Source: a virus (lineage: Duplodnaviria; Caudoviricetes). From it: a stretch of 24,071 bases of DNA. The translations under genes were made by a program, and so were the position numbers. Position 1 is the first letter of the stretch, and every line of letters begins with the position of its first letter. The stretch is from the IMG/VR virus record IMGVR_UViG_3300016478_000256, positions 1 through 24,071 of that record, one strand, 5' to 3'. This document shows, in pieces, positions 8,659 through 17,728 of this stretch. Below the pieces are notes generated by a model. That model saw only the letters and a program-made list of their open reading frames with translations, did no database searches and was not told where the DNA came from.

Positions 8659-9825
8659 TCAAAATACTGAATCAAACTCCGCCAATATTGGGTTGGCCTC
8701 CTGGATATCGTGCGGGGTGTACTTGTCTGTCATGAGGATGCTGGAGTGGCGGGCCTGATCTCGGGTGGACAGGGTGTCAACAGTTCGGAGCATCATTGTA
8801 ATTCCGCTGTCCTTAAGACTGTAGAACTTATACTCTTTCGGAAACTTCAGATCCGGGCGAATGTGGTTCACCCAGTAATCGCGGAAACTCTTCCCGGAAC
8901 GGTACGTCTCGCCGGGCATGAAGTTGGCCGAGAACAAATAACACTCCTGGTTATACTTATAGATGTTCAGCTCAATCATTAGCTCAATCACCTTCTTATT
9001 AAGCGTAACGACGGCATCCTTGCGGTTCTTGCCCACCTCAGAACGGATCTGGATTGTCGAAAACTTGAAAGAGATGTCTTTAATCTTAAGCATCGATAGC
9101 TCCTTCGGTCGTATAAGGCAGTAAAATTCGAGATAGCAGGCAAGGAGGTAATACTTATTTTTCGTTGTAAGGTAAGCTGTAAGCTCCTTAAGGCTGGTCT
9201 CCGGGATAGTGGTACGGCCTTTCTGGTACTTCTTTTTCCCGATCAGCGCCACGGCAGCCGAAGCATCTACCTTGTGATACCCCTGCGATACCAGGAACTT
9301 GCAAAACACACTCATCACGCGTAGGTTGTTGTCGCGCGTCTGGGCGCTGTTGTTACGCTCTATGTATATGTAATCCAGAAACTCCTGTATGAAATGCGCG
9401 TCGATTTGATATACGTATGTAGCCGGCGCCTTGCGCCAGCGTATGAAAGCCTGCAGGTTATTCATTTTCGAACAATACTCCACATAGGTAGCCTCGCGGA
9501 TAATGTCGTCGTCCCAATACTTTTTATGAAGATCCTTGAAGTGAGTAACAGCTTCGTCTATGGTTTTGTAAGACTTTACATCGTCGCGCGCAACCCACGG
9601 ATTCCATCCACGCCGAAGCTGTTCATTAAGACGGATGATAAGATCGTGAGCATAAGCCGTACGCTCCTTAATCTTAGGGATGTGGTTAACCTTAATCTTC
9701 TTACGCTTCATTTTTTCGGCAGCCGGATCATAGGCCATGAAGCCGATAAACCACTCTTTCCCCTTGTACAATTTCGGAGGAGTATACAATATGACCTCCT
9801 CCAATTCTTGCTTACGTGTTGCCAT
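8659..9825 (-). CDS. int: Tyrosine recombinase / phage integrase (388 aa)
   Basis: LIRPKEL (R), GKNRK (K), YSLKDSG (HxxR equivalent), ARHSS (H) and TDKY (Y) motifs; adjacent to an attP-like site. Confidence 0.9.
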   Translation of the reverse strand: MATRKQELEEVILYTPPKLYKGKEWFIGFMAYDPAAEKMKRKKIKVNHIPKIKERTAYAHDLIIRLNEQLRRGWNPWVARDDVKSYKTIDEAVTHFKDLHKKYWDDDIIREATYVEYCSKMNNLQAFIRWRKAPATYVYQIDAHFIQEFLDYIYIERNNSAQTRDNNLRVMSVFCKFLVSQGYHKVDASAAVALIGKKKYQKGRTTIPETSLKELTAYLTTKNKYYLLACYLEFYCLIRPKELSMLKIKDISFKFSTIQIRSEVGKNRKDAVVTLNKKVIELMIELNIYKYNQECYLFSANFMPGETYRSGKSFRDYWVNHIRPDLKFPKEYKFYSLKDSGITMMLRTVDTLSTRDQARHSSILMTDKYTPHDIQEANPILAEFDSVF

Positions 9826-9956
9826 TTTTTTTTAACCCCGAATAATAAAAATTACCCGACGTATAATCCATAAATGCAAATTTTGTCCCGATTACCGAAA
9901 AAAAGCCTATGTTTTTGTTCGTGTCCCGATCCTGTCCCGGTAGCCCTTAAAAAAGT

Positions 9957-9992
9957 ATAGGTAACTATCTGTTTTTTTAGATAGTTACCTAT
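9957..9992 (-). terminator. Hairpin terminator downstream of the tRNA 3' fragment
   Basis: Perfect 14-bp inverted repeat ATAGGTAACTATCT / AGATAGTTACCTAT with an 8-nt loop, followed on the minus strand by ACTTTTTT. Confidence 0.7.
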
Positions 9993-9998
9993 TAGTTA

Positions 9999-10019
9999 GT
10001 CGGGGTGAGACGATTTGAA
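9999..10019 (-). other. att core: 3' fragment of a tRNA gene, probably tRNA-Pro (not a full tRNA)
   Basis: The minus strand reads TTCAAAT-CGTCT-CACCCCG-A-C, i.e. T-loop, 3' T-stem, 3' acceptor strand complementary to CGGGGTG, and discriminator A. The 5' part of the tRNA is absent. Confidence 0.8.
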
Positions 10020-10133
10020 TTCATGGTTTTTACGCCTGTAAAGTGTTGATAATCAGCATCCGTTCCCGTAAGAATAAGCTATCTTTGTCCCGATTTGGTA
10101 CCGGGAACGACATGCCAATTATAAAATTAAGTA

Positions 10134-10319
10134 TCACTGTTTCTGTAGGTTACGTAACCTGTCTAAAGATAATTTACACATATCGATGTGCAAATTAAGG
10201 TCGTTTTCATTAATCTCCCGAACGTTATTCGCGTCTTTATACAGGAGCTTTTTTAGGATATCGATTTGTTCCATTACAGTATCGAATACCTGTTCTACTT
10301 CTTCCGCTTTAACTTTCAT
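10134..10319 (-). CDS. Small helical hypothetical protein co-transcribed with the repressor (61 aa)
   Basis: ATG overlaps the repressor stop codon. Confidence 0.55.
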   Translation of the reverse strand: MKVKAEEVEQVFDTVMEQIDILKKLLYKDANNVREINENDLNLHIDMCKLSLDRLRNLQKQ

Positions 10320-10654
10320 TCTTTTTCTTTTTTAAGTAGCATTTGAATAAACCTTTCCTTTTCAATTAGTACTTTTTCCTTCTCGTCTAGGAGCTTGGTC
10401 ATATACTCCATTGTCTTTTCTTCCACAACCGGATTGTGATGTTCAATTTTGTATCCTTCTTCCGGAGCTTCGTCGAAGAATACATTAATAGGTACGTCTA
10501 ATCTTATTGCAATTTTTTCGAGATCCGGTGCTTGGATATTATTGTTACGTATGCATCGGTGTAGGTTCGTTTCAGACATATTAATATCAGCAGCAAGCTG
10601 ATTTAACTTGTAATTTTTCTTTTCGCAAAGCTCTTTAATCTTTTGTAAGTTCAT
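10316..10654 (-). CDS. XRE/CI-like HTH repressor (112 aa)
   Basis: IKELCEKKNYKLNQLAADINMSETNLHRCI...LEKIAIRLDVPINVFF is an HTH_3-type pattern; divergent from a Cro-like gene. Confidence 0.85.
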   Translation of the reverse strand: MNLQKIKELCEKKNYKLNQLAADINMSETNLHRCIRNNNIQAPDLEKIAIRLDVPINVFFDEAPEEGYKIEHHNPVVEEKTMEYMTKLLDEKEKVLIEKERFIQMLLKKEKE

Positions 10655-10698
10655 GATAATTCTTTTTTCGGTTCGTTTTAACTCTATATTTAACCTTT

Positions 10699-10744
10699 AT
10701 TAACTGCAATATATAGCAGCCGACTGCAATTTATGTTAGCTTTG
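10699..10744 (+). promoter_or_regulatory. Lysis/lysogeny switch: putative operators and rightward promoter -7 element
   Basis: ACTGCAAT at 10703 and 10723; imperfect palindrome CTGCAATATATAGCAG at 10704-10719; TAGCTTTG (TAnnTTTG) at 10737-10744. Confidence 0.6.
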
Positions 10745-10785
10745 TAGTCTAAATATAAGACTATCTTTTTAAAAACAATAAACAT

Positions 10786-10992
10786 ATGACAACAAAAACA
10801 GATTTAACATTTTTCGACTATTACAATTCTCTCCTAGATGACGAGAAAAAAATGGTTAGAAATCAATTCCTTGCAGCAGCCGGAATCTCTTATCCGGGGT
10901 TTTATAAAAAATTGAAATACGGTTCGTTCACGCCTCTGGAAATGGATGCCCTTGCATCTATATGTAAAACATCTTTTGTGTCAGCAAAGTAA
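10786..10992 (+). CDS. Cro-like small DNA-binding protein (68 aa)
   Basis: First gene divergent from the repressor; HTH-like FLAAAGISYPGFYKKL..GSFTPLE. Confidence 0.65.
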   Translation: MTTKTDLTFFDYYNSLLDDEKKMVRNQFLAAAGISYPGFYKKLKYGSFTPLEMDALASICKTSFVSAK

Positions 10993-11027
10993 GTCGTAAC
11001 ACTAATTAACTGCAATAATTAATAGTA

Positions 11028-11585
11028 ATGAAACAAAATTTGCCTGCCGGCATAGAAGGCCCCGGAATAGAAATATACCGAAACGATAAGTTTCAGGTAT
11101 TTTTCCTGCAAGACGGGACAAAGAGAACGTTCCGCGAACTGCCTGCAGATGTACTCGACTTGCTTAGAGAGGAGTTGAATAATGATCCTATCGCCAAGGC
11201 GGCCTTATTGAAGTTGATCAGTACCAACGATGATGACTTACTGCTTGAGATGTTTGCCGGTTGCCGATATGGTAATCTGGATTACACTCCTGATTTTGTG
11301 TCAGGAAAGTTGAACAGGGAGGTGCCATCGTGTCCGCTTGTTAAGACATGTTCAGGATTTAGTAAGGTTTGCCAGCTTCCTAAAACAAAAGACGGTGATA
11401 TCACCCGGATCGAATACTTTACCGCTGTGTGTATTGCCCGTGGCCTGCAAGCCAAGGAGATTGCCGACGTTCAATGCAAGGCCGAAGCAACCGTCCGAAC
11501 TCACACACAGAGGCTACATTCTAAAGTAGGAGTTAATAACAACATCGAATTGGCCGCCTGGGCTAACAAGATTAAACTTATCTAA
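11028..11585 (+). CDS. LuxR-type C-terminal HTH transcriptional regulator (185 aa)
   Basis: ITRIE....CIARGLQAKEIADVQCKAEATVRTHTQRLHSKVGV matches the GerE/LuxR HTH pattern. Confidence 0.8.
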   Translation: MKQNLPAGIEGPGIEIYRNDKFQVFFLQDGTKRTFRELPADVLDLLREELNNDPIAKAALLKLISTNDDDLLLEMFAGCRYGNLDYTPDFVSGKLNREVPSCPLVKTCSGFSKVCQLPKTKDGDITRIEYFTAVCIARGLQAKEIADVQCKAEATVRTHTQRLHSKVGVNNNIELAAWANKIKLI

Positions 11586-11599
11586 ACAGATTTAAAATT

Positions 11600-11812
11600 A
11601 TGGAAGTACATAGAATAACAACAAACCTGAAGGGATTGAAAAGATGGGCTTGGGAAAAGAATTTAGATGGATTCTTTTCTGTTGATGGAATTAGCCTAAC
11701 AGACAAACAGGTTCGTGAAATGGTTGATTGGGCAATCGACAAAGGGTATGAGTATGATTCAGACATACCGTCTAACGAAGTTATAAAGTTGCTAAACCTT
11801 AAACATAGTTGA
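11600..11812 (+). CDS. Hypothetical protein (70 aa)
   Basis: ATG with A-rich leader, in operon. Confidence 0.6.
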   Translation: MEVHRITTNLKGLKRWAWEKNLDGFFSVDGISLTDKQVREMVDWAIDKGYEYDSDIPSNEVIKLLNLKHS

Positions 11813-11814
11813 AC

Positions 11815-12186
11815 ATGAAAAGAGAAATATTATTCAGAGGAAAGCGAGTTAAAGATGGAAAATGGGTGGAAGGATTACTAACAAAAGATATTAAAGGTCA
11901 TATTAGAATACAATACAATCCTAGATATTTTTCGGTTGTGGTTAATCCCGAATCTGTAGGTCAGTTCACAGGAATGACAGACAAAAATGGAACAAAGATC
12001 TTTGAAGGTGATATAGTTAAAGAACAATATAAAGCATATGAAAGAATTTATAATGTATTTTGGGACGAAGATTATTTTGTATTTCGTGCTAAATCTAAAG
12101 ATTATTCATACCACTTGGACGAGATTATTCCATCTCATTGTGAAGTTATAGGTAATGTTTTTGAAAATAAAGAAATTTTAAAATAA
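11815..12186 (+). CDS. YopX-family phage protein
   Basis: MKREILFRGKR...W.EG.L, VGQFTGMTDKNGTKIFEGDIV and EVIGNVFEN are YopX hallmarks. ATG at 11815 preferred. Confidence 0.9.
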   Translation: MKREILFRGKRVKDGKWVEGLLTKDIKGHIRIQYNPRYFSVVVNPESVGQFTGMTDKNGTKIFEGDIVKEQYKAYERIYNVFWDEDYFVFRAKSKDYSYHLDEIIPSHCEVIGNVFENKEILK

Positions 12187-12216
12187 GTTCAAATCCGAAC
12201 ATAACAATTTAACAAT

Positions 12217-12438
12217 ATGGATTTAGAAAACTTAAAGAAAAGAGTTGAAAAATGTTTCACATTCAAACATTCTCTATTCAACATAGAAGCGTTTGGCAAA
12301 GATAGATTTTTTGTCGATTTGGATGCTACTTGTATGAATGAGCTAAAGAATTTTGCTTCGGAGTTTAAGGATGATAATATAGTAATACTTCCTGGACACT
12401 TCCGTAATACCTCTATACGAATATACTTTAGTATTTAA
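12217..12438 (+). CDS. Hypothetical protein (73 aa)
   Basis: ATG with A-rich leader, in operon. Confidence 0.55.
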   Translation: MDLENLKKRVEKCFTFKHSLFNIEAFGKDRFFVDLDATCMNELKNFASEFKDDNIVILPGHFRNTSIRIYFSI

Positions 12439-12450
12439 CACTTGAAATCT

Positions 12451-12618
12451 ATGTATGCAGAATCAGATAAAGATGGGAATGTGATTTTACAGAAGTTGTC
12501 CTGGTACGAATCTAGGCTGATTCTATCGGCTTTAAAACTATTCTTGCCGTCGGCCGGCAATACCCAATCGGCCGAGAAAATTAAAACTATTATAAATCAA
12601 ATTGAAAATATTAAATAA
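12451..12618 (+). CDS. Hypothetical protein (55 aa; not in the ORF track)
   Basis: Read directly: MYAESDKDGNVILQKLSWYESRLILSALKLFLPSAGNTQSAEKIKTIINQIENIK*. Fills the operon gap. Confidence 0.55.
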   Translation: MYAESDKDGNVILQKLSWYESRLILSALKLFLPSAGNTQSAEKIKTIINQIENIK

Positions 12619-12619
12619 C

Positions 12620-12832
12620 ATGATTTTAGAACTTACCAGAAAGGGAGCCGAATTTACAAAACATATCCCTTCAATAGAATGCTTTTTTAGTTCGAAAGAA
12701 AACGTAACTGTAGATCGGATCCGACCGGATAAGATTACTCTCATTGTGCCGAAAGGAACTACCTCCGACAATGTTAATGCATGGATGAAAGAACTATCAT
12801 CCCAAATTGATAAACCAAATGAACACGTATGA
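12620..12832 (+). CDS. Hypothetical protein (70 aa)
   Basis: ATG at 12620 lies just after the upstream stop and is preferred to the TTG at 12602. Confidence 0.55.
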   Translation: MILELTRKGAEFTKHIPSIECFFSSKENVTVDRIRPDKITLIVPKGTTSDNVNAWMKELSSQIDKPNEHV

Positions 12833-13151
12833 ACAGTTCCGTATGACCGACTACGGATGGATAGGGATCTATCAAAACAGGATGGGAGCCGATCAGTTCA
12901 AGCAGTACGTTAATGCAATTTACAAGGAGCTGATGGCAATGAATGTAGGCGACACCCTACTAATCGAGAACACAGTCAAGGCTGAGAACAGAGAGCTATT
13001 TATAAAAATAGTATGCATGTTTATCCAGGAAGGTAATCCGGATTACGAGTTTTCTTCTAACTATAAAATTGTAAAACGAAATGAAAAAGCAACATTGGTC
13101 TACCGACCAGCTCCGGTTTCTGAAGGAGAATGTAGGCAAGCTGACTCTTGA
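12819..13151 (+). CDS. Hypothetical phage protein (~110 aa)
   Basis: ATG at 12819 overlaps the upstream gene end; same-strand operon. Confidence 0.6.
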   Translation: MNTYEQFRMTDYGWIGIYQNRMGADQFKQYVNAIYKELMAMNVGDTLLIENTVKAENRELFIKIVCMFIQEGNPDYEFSSNYKIVKRNEKATLVYRPAPVSEGECRQADS

Positions 13152-13461
13152 AGAGATAGCTGAATACCTCGGTAAATCACCGCTGGCCGTAAAGCTTAAG
13201 ATACACCGGGAAAACATTGTATATAGGCAGGCCGTACAAAAGAACCTTATTCTGGAACTATTTAAGTTGAAATTTGGAAACCCTAAGTTCTTTACCGTTA
13301 CAAAAGACTTTATCCGGGCAACCGGAATTAATCAGGTACGGTTCTGGAAGCTCTACCGGGGCGAAGAAAACCCAACCGAAAAAGAATACAAAGCACTAGT
13401 ACTAACATTGAAAGTTGACTTGCAGGATGCATTCGAAGCAAGACAGTTAAACATATTCTGA
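13081..13461 (+). CDS. Putative DNA-binding protein with two HTH-like segments (126 aa)
   Basis: WSTDQLRFLKEN...LEEIAEYLGKSPLAVKLK and ATGINQVRFWKLYRGEENPT; directly upstream of the primase. Confidence 0.65.
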   Translation: MKKQHWSTDQLRFLKENVGKLTLEEIAEYLGKSPLAVKLKIHRENIVYRQAVQKNLILELFKLKFGNPKFFTVTKDFIRATGINQVRFWKLYRGEENPTEKEYKALVLTLKVDLQDAFEARQLNIF

Positions 13462-13462
13462 A

Positions 13463-16400
13463 ATGATAGACAAAAATATTATTGAACATATACTTGAGAC
13501 GGCAAACATATCCGATGTTATCGGGGAGTATGTTACCCTTCGCCGATCTGGTGTTAATTACAAGGGCGTTTGCCCATTTCACGGCGACAAAGACGCGTCT
13601 CTTTACGTTAGTAACGCGAAGTCGATATACAAGTGTTTCGGCTGTGGAGTTGGTGGAAATGTGATTAACTTCGTTAAGGAGCATGAAGCCATCAGCTATC
13701 CGGAAGCCGTCCGGACAGTGGCCGCAAAGTACAACATTACCGTGCCAGACAAAGAGCTAACCCCCGAAGAGCAAACCGAATTGAAGCGACGTGAGTCCCT
13801 GCAGATCTGTTTGGTTTTCGCCCAGGAGCAATTTGTTGAAGGACTAAAGAACGAAGCCGCACAAGCCTACCTTGCTACCCGCGGAATCGATGCCGAGATA
13901 CTAGCCAAGTATGGCGCCGGGTTCGCACCACAGAACTTTACCGCGCTGGTTGAATTGTCCGGGAAGAAAGGATATAGCATGGAGCTGATGCAGTCGGCCG
14001 GGCTGGTAAACCGCAAGGACACAGGCAAGGTGTACGACCGCTTTATAAACCGGATCACTTTCCCTTTTTATACCGTGTCTGGAAAGCTTACAGGATTCAC
14101 CGGCCGGTGCATCGATAAGGAATCGGATTGTAAATATTTGAATTCCCCTGAGACGGAGCTTTTCAAAAAAGGTCACACCTTGTTTGGAATTTATCAAGCA
14201 AAGCAATCTATATCACAGCAAGACAAATGCTTCCTGGTAGAGGGGCAATTCGATGTATTATCCTTTGTTCAGAACGGATTTCCTAACACCGTATGCGGAT
14301 CTGGGACAGCCTTCGAAGTATCGCAGGCCCGGATCATTAAGAAGTACACCCGTAACGTAACCTTGATTTACGATGGAGACGCTGCCGGCATTAAGGCATC
14401 CATCCGGAATATTGACATTCTGCTAGCAGAAGGCATGAACGTACGCGCCGTACAGTTACCTGCCGGAGAGGATCCGGACAGCTTTGCCCGTAAACAGGGT
14501 AAAGAAAAACTGGCTAAGTTCATTAAGAAGAACGAATCAGATTTCATTTCATTTGTCTACAACCTTATGGCACAGGACATGGAAGATCCTATCCGCAAGG
14601 CCGAAGTACTTAAACAGGTAGCCGGCTTCATAGCTGCCGTACCGGATAAGCTACAACGACAGGGTTACATTGTCCACCTTGCAGATAAGTTTAAGGCAGA
14701 CGGAGAACAATTGGTTGTCCTGGTAAACCAGCTTATCGAAGCAAAACCGAAGGAAGCCCCCGCCCCAATCGAGTCCGGTTTTACGGGATTAGAGGATGCA
14801 ATGCCATTGCTTTCCGAATCGAACGACGAACTTACGGTAACATTTAATGTTAAGCAGTTTGCCGACCTTTGGGGCGAACATCCGATTGTGTTGGTAACCG
14901 GGCATCCGGTTTTGTCAGATGTGCAAGACTTAAGGCGAGTAAGTAATGTTCTCCGATTCCGCGATAAGTTTGAGATAAACGAAGACATGGAAGAGCCGGA
15001 AGAACTTAAGTTTGTGAAAGAACTTTGTCAAGCTGGATTTTCTATTACCATGACCAGATACGTGGTTAAGATGGAGCCATTTGTAGACGACGAAGAGAAA
15101 GAGACCAAGCGTAAAGTTGAGAAAGAGATAAAGATGGGATTCTACGAATTCTACATTCATCTATATTCTAAGTTTCGCGAATATCCGGAGGTCGTTAAAT
15201 CCAAAGCCATAGAACGCTGTGCCGAAGTGATCTCACATGCGGACCAGACAACCTTATCATACCAGCTTACCGAATATGCCAAGTCGTTAGGAATAACAAA
15301 AACAGCCCTCGAAAAGGTGTTGAAGCCTTTCCTCGATGCCCGGAAAGCCTTATCTAAATTCAACTCGGATTCGATGCAGATCCACGGTGCCGAACTAATG
15401 TTTGACCCGAATCAGCTGCCTAGCTACGTGGAAGAAAACGAAGAGATAAACAAGATCTGGAAGGCTTATGGATTCTTCCCTTACATGGATAAGAACGGAC
15501 GGGCCATAGCCTACATTTTTTCGAACGGAAAGAAATCGTATGTAAGAGTAGGCAACTTCTATATAGAACCACTTCTGCACATCTACGAAAAGGACAGCCA
15601 GCAAAACAAGCGTGTTGTTCAACTCACACAGGCTAATCTACCCTATCCAATTTACATGGAATGGATATCAAAAGAGATGATCACGATGCAGAGCTTTCGC
15701 CAGCGCCTTTGGGAAGAGGGAGACATTAACTTCACTAATGGAACGCAGCAGTATCTGGATCAGATTGTAGACAGCTGGGCCGGAAGGTTTAAGAGATGCT
15801 ATGAGCTAAGAATGTACGGCTGGTACGATGAAGGATTATTCGCTTTCTCAAACGCCATTGTACACGAAGTAGATGGAGATCTTCAAGTGGATTATGTGAA
15901 CGACCTGGGAATTGTTACTCACGGAAATTCAAATTACTACATACCAGCTTTTAGTAAGATCTATGCCAACGAGCGCCGGGACAGTGACCGATATCGTTTG
16001 GACCGGTTTATGAAATACACCGAACCGAAGGGAGCCAAGCTTGACTTTAATTCGTGGGCCGAACTTATGAACCGGGTTTACCGACTTAACAACAATGGGA
16101 AGTGGGCTGTAATCTATGCCGTAATGTGCGCCTTCAGAAGCGATATTTATGAGATAGACAGAATCTTTACTGCACTATTTTTTATCGGTCCTACCGGTTC
16201 CGGTAAATCGGAGATCGCCTACTCTATCCGCTCATTGTTTATGCCACCCGAAGCCCCGACGTTCGAACTAAACTCCGGATCCCCGGCGGCGTTGTTTACA
16301 TTGATGGAAAGGTATCGTAATATTCCTATCATGCTTGAAGAGTATAACGACGCCCAGCTGGACGATAAGATATTCCAGGCATTAAAGTCGGCGGTATATA

Positions 16401-17419
16401 ATGGCGAAGGAAAACAGAAGCGTAAGGATGCCAATACAAAGGAGATCGATAGTAGTGAGATCAACTCGCCTCTTATCATCCTGGGGCAGGAATCTCCACA
16501 AAGAGATGACAACTCATTATCAAACAGATGTATCCTTTGCGACGTTCCTAAGAACGACGATCGTAAGCCGGAAGAGGACGAGATCTTCCGCAAGCTAAAG
16601 AGCTTCGAAAAGAAAGGCATGCACAACATCCTGCTGGAAGTATTACGATGCCGCCATGCTTTTAAGAACAACTACATGCGCATCCAGCGCGAAGTATACA
16701 AGGAGCTTAAGGATCAGGTTCGTACTACTGTAACTAATACAGACGGATTGTCTCGTATACTCAATACCGTTAGTATGTTCCTGGCTTCTTGTAAGGTGAT
16801 AGAAAAACACACCGAACTTAAACTACCGTTCACTTACGACGAGTTTTTTGAAATAGCAAAGGAGAAAGTAGTAAAGCAGGTAGAGAGTATCAGTACTTCA
16901 AACCGTATGTCGTTCTTCTTTTCAACCATCAGCAGCATGATCGATACCGGAGCAATCAAGGCCGGCCGAGACTTCAAGATCGAATGTCCTGGAAAGATTA
17001 CGCTTCAGCGCAAAGGCCGCGAAACGTACCTGCAGGAGTTGAGTCCTATCGATATGAATATCCTACACATCAATCTTACCAATGTGTATCCGCTGTATAA
17101 TAAGGCAACAGGCAAAGAGGCGCTTTCCTTGCAATCGTTGTATTCGTATCTGGAATCAAACGAGGCATACATCGGTAAAACACGTGGTACAAGATTCAGA
17201 TGGAAGGAAGTTGTAGAGGTTTCAAAGGGAGATATTACGGTCGTAGATGGACAACAAATAGTAGACAATACAATGAAACGTATCATGCAAGACAGAGAAA
17301 ACAACGTTGCTTCTGTCGTACTGAACTACGACAAATTAAAGCAGCTGCTTGATGTTGACTTTGAGCGCGATGTGAAGCAAGAACCTGAATATATACCAGA
17401 GACTAATTTTAAATTCTGA
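13463..17419 (+). CDS. DnaG-type primase fused to a C-terminal P-loop helicase-like domain (1318 aa)
   Basis: CHC2 zinc finger (CPFH...CFGC), KYLNSPET, TOPRIM (VEGQFD, YDGDAAG, EDPD), Walker A GPTGSGKS and Walker B IMLEE. Confidence 0.9.
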   Translation: MIDKNIIEHILETANISDVIGEYVTLRRSGVNYKGVCPFHGDKDASLYVSNAKSIYKCFGCGVGGNVINFVKEHEAISYPEAVRTVAAKYNITVPDKELTPEEQTELKRRESLQICLVFAQEQFVEGLKNEAAQAYLATRGIDAEILAKYGAGFAPQNFTALVELSGKKGYSMELMQSAGLVNRKDTGKVYDRFINRITFPFYTVSGKLTGFTGRCIDKESDCKYLNSPETELFKKGHTLFGIYQAKQSISQQDKCFLVEGQFDVLSFVQNGFPNTVCGSGTAFEVSQARIIKKYTRNVTLIYDGDAAGIKASIRNIDILLAEGMNVRAVQLPAGEDPDSFARKQGKEKLAKFIKKNESDFISFVYNLMAQDMEDPIRKAEVLKQVAGFIAAVPDKLQRQGYIVHLADKFKADGEQLVVLVNQLIEAKPKEAPAPIESGFTGLEDAMPLLSESNDELTVTFNVKQFADLWGEHPIVLVTGHPVLSDVQDLRRVSNVLRFRDKFEINEDMEEPEELKFVKELCQAGFSITMTRYVVKMEPFVDDEEKETKRKVEKEIKMGFYEFYIHLYSKFREYPEVVKSKAIERCAEVISHADQTTLSYQLTEYAKSLGITKTALEKVLKPFLDARKALSKFNSDSMQIHGAELMFDPNQLPSYVEENEEINKIWKAYGFFPYMDKNGRAIAYIFSNGKKSYVRVGNFYIEPLLHIYEKDSQQNKRVVQLTQANLPYPIYMEWISKEMITMQSFRQRLWEEGDINFTNGTQQYLDQIVDSWAGRFKRCYELRMYGWYDEGLFAFSNAIVHEVDGDLQVDYVNDLGIVTHGNSNYYIPAFSKIYANERRDSDRYRLDRFMKYTEPKGAKLDFNSWAELMNRVYRLNNNGKWAVIYAVMCAFRSDIYEIDRIFTALFFIGPTGSGKSEIAYSIRSLFMPPEAPTFELNSGSPAALFTLMERYRNIPIMLEEYNDAQLDDKIFQALKSAVYNGEGKQKRKDANTKEIDSSEINSPLIILGQESPQRDDNSLSNRCILCDVPKNDDRKPEEDEIFRKLKSFEKKGMHNILLEVLRCRHAFKNNYMRIQREVYKELKDQVRTTVTNTDGLSRILNTVSMFLASCKVIEKHTELKLPFTYDEFFEIAKEKVVKQVESISTSNRMSFFFSTISSMIDTGAIKAGRDFKIECPGKITLQRKGRETYLQELSPIDMNILHINLTNVYPLYNKATGKEALSLQSLYSYLESNEAYIGKTRGTRFRWKEVVEVSKGDITVVDGQQIVDNTMKRIMQDRENNVASVVLNYDKLKQLLDVDFERDVKQEPEYIPETNFKF

Positions 17420-17721
17420 TGAGAAAGATTTTGATAGCCGGTCCGTCCGGCGCAGGAAAAACAGAGCTTGCAATGATGCTGGCCAGCAAGCAAGAAGGAT
17501 ACGGATATCAGAGCACCGGAGATCAGCCGGTATCAATGAAACAGATCCGAACATTCGGCAGCTACGTATTCGATAACTGCAGCGAAGGGTCAGACAAACC
17601 GGTTCAAAAGATATTCGAAGCTCCGGATGTTAACGATAATTGCACGGTGATAGCCGTATACAGAGACCTGCCAATATGGGCGGAAGACATAGACGATACT
17701 TATACATATCAATTAAAATAA
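17419..17721 (+). CDS. Small P-loop protein (100 aa)
   Basis: ILIAGPSGAGKT Walker A and YVFD Walker B-like motif; start overlaps the primase stop. Confidence 0.65.
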   Translation: MRKILIAGPSGAGKTELAMMLASKQEGYGYQSTGDQPVSMKQIRTFGSYVFDNCSEGSDKPVQKIFEAPDVNDNCTVIAVYRDLPIWAEDIDDTYTYQLK

Positions 17722-17728
17722 CAACGAA

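Larger units (their letters stand above)
9884..10094. other. attP region: arm-type repeats flanking a tRNA-derived core
   Basis: TGTCCCGAT at 9884-9892, 9922-9930 and 10086-10094, and TGTCCCGGT at 9933-9941, on both sides of the core at 9999-10019. Confidence 0.8.

Noticed and set aside
9999-10019. Full tRNA gene
   Set aside because: Only the T-loop to discriminator is present. The upstream sequence cannot form the T-stem, anticodon arm or D-arm.
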